The position numbers and the translations under genes were made by a program. Positions 6,587 to 10,460 of a DNA stretch of 10,460 nucleotides are shown here, in pieces. How positions within the stretch are numbered: position 1 is the first letter of the stretch; the number at the start of each line of letters is the position of its first letter. Origin of the DNA: a virus (Duplodnaviria; Heunggongvirae; Uroviricota; Caudoviricetes). The DNA lies in IMG/VR virus record IMGVR_UViG_2585427739_000004; one strand, given 5' to 3'. The notes under the pieces were generated by a model that saw only the letters and a list, made by a program, of their open reading frames with translations, ran no database searches and was not told where the DNA came from.

Positions 6587-9196
6587 TTATGAGCCAGGAT
6601 GTGTGCAAACTGCCGAAATAACTGTGACGGCTTGCTGTAAGCTTTGCTTCGGCAATACATAGTGCGCAATGCAGCGTGAGTTCGCGCCGTCTCCCCACTG
6701 AACCAGTAATTCACCAGACAATGGCGCACCACTTAAATAAACTTGCCCGTCATCACCCACCATACTGGTTATTCCGGTACTGTTTTCCCGTACCAGTGAT
6801 CCAAACGGCACCGGTTTTCTGCCCTGGGTAACGGTAATGAGCGCCCGCACGCCTATGCGGGTATCAAAATTGGCACGAACCAACGCGCCTTGCGTCGGCA
6901 CAACGCTGCTAATATTTTTTTCAACATCGATGGAATTCCCCATCGTATTGGTATCAAGCGCGATACGGTTATACCGATAAACCGTGGCATACGGCATCAC
7001 CGCATAGCCGCGCCAGTCGGTTAAAATGCCAGTTTGATTTTCAATGCGTACACCGCCTGCGCCAGGCGCTTTAATCAAAACATTGGTATCCCCTAAAGGC
7101 TGGCTCAGCGTTATGCCATTTTCATGCCCGACCACACCGCCAGACAGCTGCCAGTTAACGTCATGTTGATCGCGGTCGTAGTTATACCCGCCCCCCAGCG
7201 TACCGTAAGCGGCCTGCCAGTTTGCCGTGGCGCTGCCCGTATACCCATTATTCGAGGTATCACCCTGGCTTACGTGATAACTCAGGTTGTGGCCTTCCAG
7301 TAAGGTCCCACCTACACCTGCCAGCCAGCTATTTTGCCCGTTGCTGTTACGGTTGGCGTTAAAGGAGGCATAAGCGCGGTCGAGCGCATTTTCCCGGGTG
7401 TAGCGACGTTTGGTCAGAACATTGAAAGGCACTGAAACATTAAGTCCGACAATACGTTCGTTATCGGGGATCCCTACAGATTCATTCCACGAAAATGAGA
7501 GTGAATAACTGATGCCAACCCAGCTGCTGGTATACCCCACCTGATACCAGGTATCTGAATCCGAAGTATTCCAGTATTTTTGATGGGTACCAGAGATATA
7601 AAGCGAGCCAAAGTCATTAAGTGATTGTGAAATATTTAACTGCAAACGGTCTTTACGGCTAAAGCGTAAATTGTGGTAATTCACGATTATCGGTTCATCG
7701 CGATGCTCACCGTCGTAATCGTAATCATATTCGTACCCCTCCATTCGACGATACGCAACATCATCAAGGGTATAAAAACCTTGTGTCGAATAGCGGTAAC
7801 CCATTAACTGAAAATTGGTGCCGAAGGTGTTCATCGATTTCGCATAGAGGAAGCGAATGGAATCCCCCTCATGACGACTGTCGTCGGCTAACTGACTGCG
7901 CGCATGGGTCACATCCAGCGACACTGTGCCCCAGTTCCCGAGGTTGCGCCCCAGCCCTAATAAAAAGGCGGTGTAATTGGCAGATAATTGCGTCCCGCCG
8001 TAGGCAGTAAATTCCTGTGGTAAACCGCCGAGTGCCGTACCCTGAAAAAAGAAAGGCGATGATTGCTGACTATTACCGCTACGAAAATCGCCCGCCGTCA
8101 GGTCAAATTTGAAACGCCCTTCGCGTTGTAAAATTGGCACTGTTGAATACGGAATTGTGTAATTCTGCTGATTACCATCGCGCTCGTCGATGGTGACGTC
8201 CAGATCGCCATTTGAAGATGTCGGGTGCAAATCTGTAATTTCAAAAGCGCCGGGGGAAACATAGCTTTGATAGATAATAAAACCATTTTGCCGAATCGTT
8301 AGCTGGGCCGCCGTACGGGCAATCCCACGTACTGTTGGGGCAAACCCTTGCTGGCTATCAGGATACATATTATCGGAAGAGTAAAGCCGTATACCACGAA
8401 ATCCAACACCATCGAAAATATCACTTCCTGTATTGCCGTCTCCCATTACCAGTTCACTTTTCAGCGGAATAATGGCGCGCTGTACCCAGGTGCCAATATT
8501 ATTCCACTGTTCTGAATGATATCCATTTCCGCGAAAATAGTTCCAGGAACCATTGTTGCGTAAACGCCACGGGCCAATATTAATCCCGCTGAGCTCACTA
8601 AAAAAATAGCTATCGTTACCATTACCTCTGTTACCGGTGAAATTATAATTCAGGAGTAAAGCAGGAATACCTTCATCCCACTCTTCAGGCGGAATGTAAC
8701 CGTGAGCGCTACTCAACAACGCTATCTGAGGAATAGTGATGTTCAGGCGCATCGCTGCAAAATCAAAGTTAATTGTGGCATCAGGTACAGCTTTCAGTAA
8801 ATTGATGCATTTATTGTTTTGCTGCTGGGCTAACTCGGGAAATGCACTGCTATTAAGGCTAATTCGTTCAAGGAGTACCTGGTTAAAACAGGGCATTAAC
8901 CCACCTGATTTATCACCTGTATTTTCTGTTGTCGATTCAAATACGATATCCTGTGAACCAATGAACTCATCATTACGCCAGAGATCTACCCGATACACGC
9001 CCGCAGGTTGATGATTACCTCTCTCAAAGCGCGATAAATCAGCAACGGATGTGCCATTCTCTAATAAAAATGCCGGGTTGAAATAACTTTCCGCATAGCT
9101 TAAAAAGGAGGGTAAAATGGCAAGAGATGAATAACAAATTCCGGCCAGACACCAGGTATACCTCTGCGGAATATCCGTAGTAGTGGGTATTTTCAT
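6587..9196 (-). CDS. sfmD: outer-membrane fimbrial usher SfmD (869 aa)
   Basis: 869-aa ORF of typical usher length with a C-terminal beta-barrel-like region rich in G/Y/N/S/T; lies between the chaperone and minor-subunit genes. Confidence 0.9.
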   Translation of the reverse strand: MKIPTTTDIPQRYTWCLAGICYSSLAILPSFLSYAESYFNPAFLLENGTSVADLSRFERGNHQPAGVYRVDLWRNDEFIGSQDIVFESTTENTGDKSGGLMPCFNQVLLERISLNSSAFPELAQQQNNKCINLLKAVPDATINFDFAAMRLNITIPQIALLSSAHGYIPPEEWDEGIPALLLNYNFTGNRGNGNDSYFFSELSGINIGPWRLRNNGSWNYFRGNGYHSEQWNNIGTWVQRAIIPLKSELVMGDGNTGSDIFDGVGFRGIRLYSSDNMYPDSQQGFAPTVRGIARTAAQLTIRQNGFIIYQSYVSPGAFEITDLHPTSSNGDLDVTIDERDGNQQNYTIPYSTVPILQREGRFKFDLTAGDFRSGNSQQSSPFFFQGTALGGLPQEFTAYGGTQLSANYTAFLLGLGRNLGNWGTVSLDVTHARSQLADDSRHEGDSIRFLYAKSMNTFGTNFQLMGYRYSTQGFYTLDDVAYRRMEGYEYDYDYDGEHRDEPIIVNYHNLRFSRKDRLQLNISQSLNDFGSLYISGTHQKYWNTSDSDTWYQVGYTSSWVGISYSLSFSWNESVGIPDNERIVGLNVSVPFNVLTKRRYTRENALDRAYASFNANRNSNGQNSWLAGVGGTLLEGHNLSYHVSQGDTSNNGYTGSATANWQAAYGTLGGGYNYDRDQHDVNWQLSGGVVGHENGITLSQPLGDTNVLIKAPGAGGVRIENQTGILTDWRGYAVMPYATVYRYNRIALDTNTMGNSIDVEKNISSVVPTQGALVRANFDTRIGVRALITVTQGRKPVPFGSLVRENSTGITSMVGDDGQVYLSGAPLSGELLVQWGDGANSRCIAHYVLPKQSLQQAVTVISAVCTHPGS

Positions 9197-9226
9197 AATT
9201 AGCTCTGATATTGTCAGATGATTCGG

Positions 9227-9919
9227 TTAGTTTAAGTTCACTTCTCTGACCGGGGTTACTGAACCATAATCATTAACGGTCTGAAATTTCAGCTTTCCCT
9301 GCACTCCTGAGGGTAAGGGAATTTGTGAATTAACTCTGGGTGCAGCCATAGCATTCCCCAACTTTTGGTTGCCCACTTGTAAGTTAACCAGAGTGACATA
9401 AAAAGGTGAGGGATTATGAACATTGATATAGTTACCGGATCGCGAAAACTTGAGTGTGTCCGGTGCTTCTGCGGGTAATTCTTGTAATTGAATTAGACGG
9501 AGAAATAATTTCATGCGCGATAAAATCGCCAGTTGCAAAACATTCCTGCCGTTCAATGCATTTTTATCTACCGAAGGGATCGTCTTAACATTCATCCAGA
9601 ACAGAGACTCACGATCTGCTGCCAGCGGTGGACCGGTGTAAATAATACGCAAGGTATTTTCGCTTTTGGGTTCACTAACAAACAGTGGCGGTGTAATGAT
9701 GAATGACTTTTCTTTTACACCGCTGCTGTTTTCAATCCACGAATTGACCAGAAAGCGCTCATTGGTATGGCTATTTCTAATCCATACCGCAGTCTGTTTA
9801 GCATCAGCGGGATAAATAATACGCGTGGCACCTAATGCGATCCCTCCGGCAGCATGGGCGCTGGCCGAAATGATTAAATAAAATATAATGAGCATCAATA
9901 ACTTTATTTTAGTCATCAT
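9227..9919 (-). CDS. sfmC: periplasmic fimbrial chaperone SfmC (230 aa)
   Basis: [42 protein letters not shown]... signal peptide and PapD-like chaperone features; 230 aa as in K-12 SfmC. Confidence 0.9.
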   Translation of the reverse strand: MMTKIKLLMLIIFYLIISASAHAAGGIALGATRIIYPADAKQTAVWIRNSHTNERFLVNSWIENSSGVKEKSFIITPPLFVSEPKSENTLRIIYTGPPLAADRESLFWMNVKTIPSVDKNALNGRNVLQLAILSRMKLFLRLIQLQELPAEAPDTLKFSRSGNYINVHNPSPFYVTLVNLQVGNQKLGNAMAAPRVNSQIPLPSGVQGKLKFQTVNDYGSVTPVREVNLN

Positions 9920-10164
9920 AGTTAATACGCCTTGTGTATTCCTGACGGCAAAAATAAGAAATATAAAGAAATGATTGCTTTGGTTTCTTACAACACATCA
10001 TTCCCTTTTCATTTAATAAAGCGGCATGATACAAAGTGAACATGATTTCGATTTACATTGCCACCATACCGCTTCAGACAACCGGTACATTACTTTGTTA
10101 TAAGACGTGGGTGATGCTGCCAACTTACTGATTTAGTGTATGATGGTGTTTTTGAGGTGCTCCA

Positions 10165-10440
10165 GTGGCTTCTGTTTCTATCAGCTGTCCCTCCTGTTCA
10201 GCTACTGACGGGGTGGTGCGTAACGGCAAAAGCACCGCCGGACATCAGCGCTATCTCTGCTCTCACTGCCGTAAAACATGGCAACTGCAGTTCACTTACA
10301 CCGCTTCTCAACCCGGTACGCACCAGAAAATCATTGATATGGCCATGAATGGCGTTGGATGCCGGGCAACTGCCCGCATTATGGGCGTTGGCCTCAACAC
10401 GATTTTACGTCACTTAAAAAACTCAGGCCGCAGTCGGTAA
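10165..10440 (+). CDS. insA: IS1 InsA, transposition inhibitor and N-terminal part of the InsAB' transposase (91 aa)
   Basis: [91 protein letters not shown], apparently with a GTG start. Confidence 0.93.
10414..10424 (+). other. IS1 programmed -1 ribosomal frameshift motif (A6C) joining insA to insB'
   Basis: TTAAAAAACTC at 10414-10424, just before the insA stop; this is the known IS1 slippery site. Confidence 0.8.
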
Positions 10441-10460
10441 CCTCGCGCATACAGCCGGGC

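Larger units (their letters stand above)
10110..10460 (+). mobile_element. IS1: IS1 insertion sequence, 5' portion (continues beyond window)
   Basis: Starts with the IS1 left inverted repeat GGTGATGCTGCCAACTTACTGAT (10110-10132), followed by insA and the A6C frameshift motif. Confidence 0.95.

Noticed and set aside
6492-6698. 68-aa ORF on the - strand
   Set aside because: Out-of-frame overlap of the sfmD 3' end and the sfmH 5' end.
7783-9011. Track ORFs 7783-8010 (+), 8098-8286 (-) and 8736-9011 (+)
   Set aside because: All lie inside the 869-aa usher gene sfmD in other frames or antisense.
10136-10348. 70-aa ORF in an alternative frame
   Set aside because: Lies within IS1 overlapping insA, which is the known coding frame.
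1-10460. CRISPR arrays, rRNA genes and integron-type attC sites
   Set aside because: No spaced direct-repeat arrays, no rRNA-like sequence and no attC-like structures were seen on reading the whole window.

Overview
Enterobacterial (E. coli/Shigella-type) chromosomal segment, shown in reverse orientation relative to the usual E. coli K-12 map. Two IS1 copies in direct orientation, both cut by the window edges, bracket a 9,767-bp interior (343-10109). The interior holds, in order: (i) an AT-rich orphan ORF that appears 5'-truncated by the left IS1; (ii) a lambda-like early-left block with intact ea10, cIII, kil, gam, bet and exo on the + strand; (iii) a deletion junction 17 bp after exo that joins onto the C-terminal third of a tyrosine integrase; (iv) tRNA-Arg(UCU) argU on the - strand with a near-consensus promoter, the classic prophage attachment site; (v) core chromosome genes fimZ (+) and sfmF, sfmH, sfmD, sfmC (-); (vi) the right IS1, inserted 190 bp upstream of sfmC. 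Overall this is a decayed lambdoid prophage at argU that keeps a complete Red recombination module but has lost N/pL, xis and most of int. The only candidate for something undescribed is the AT-rich gene fragment at the ral/sieB position (343-896); I cannot assign it a function from sequence alone. Lambda and K-12 identities are from recalled protein sequences, not from a database search.
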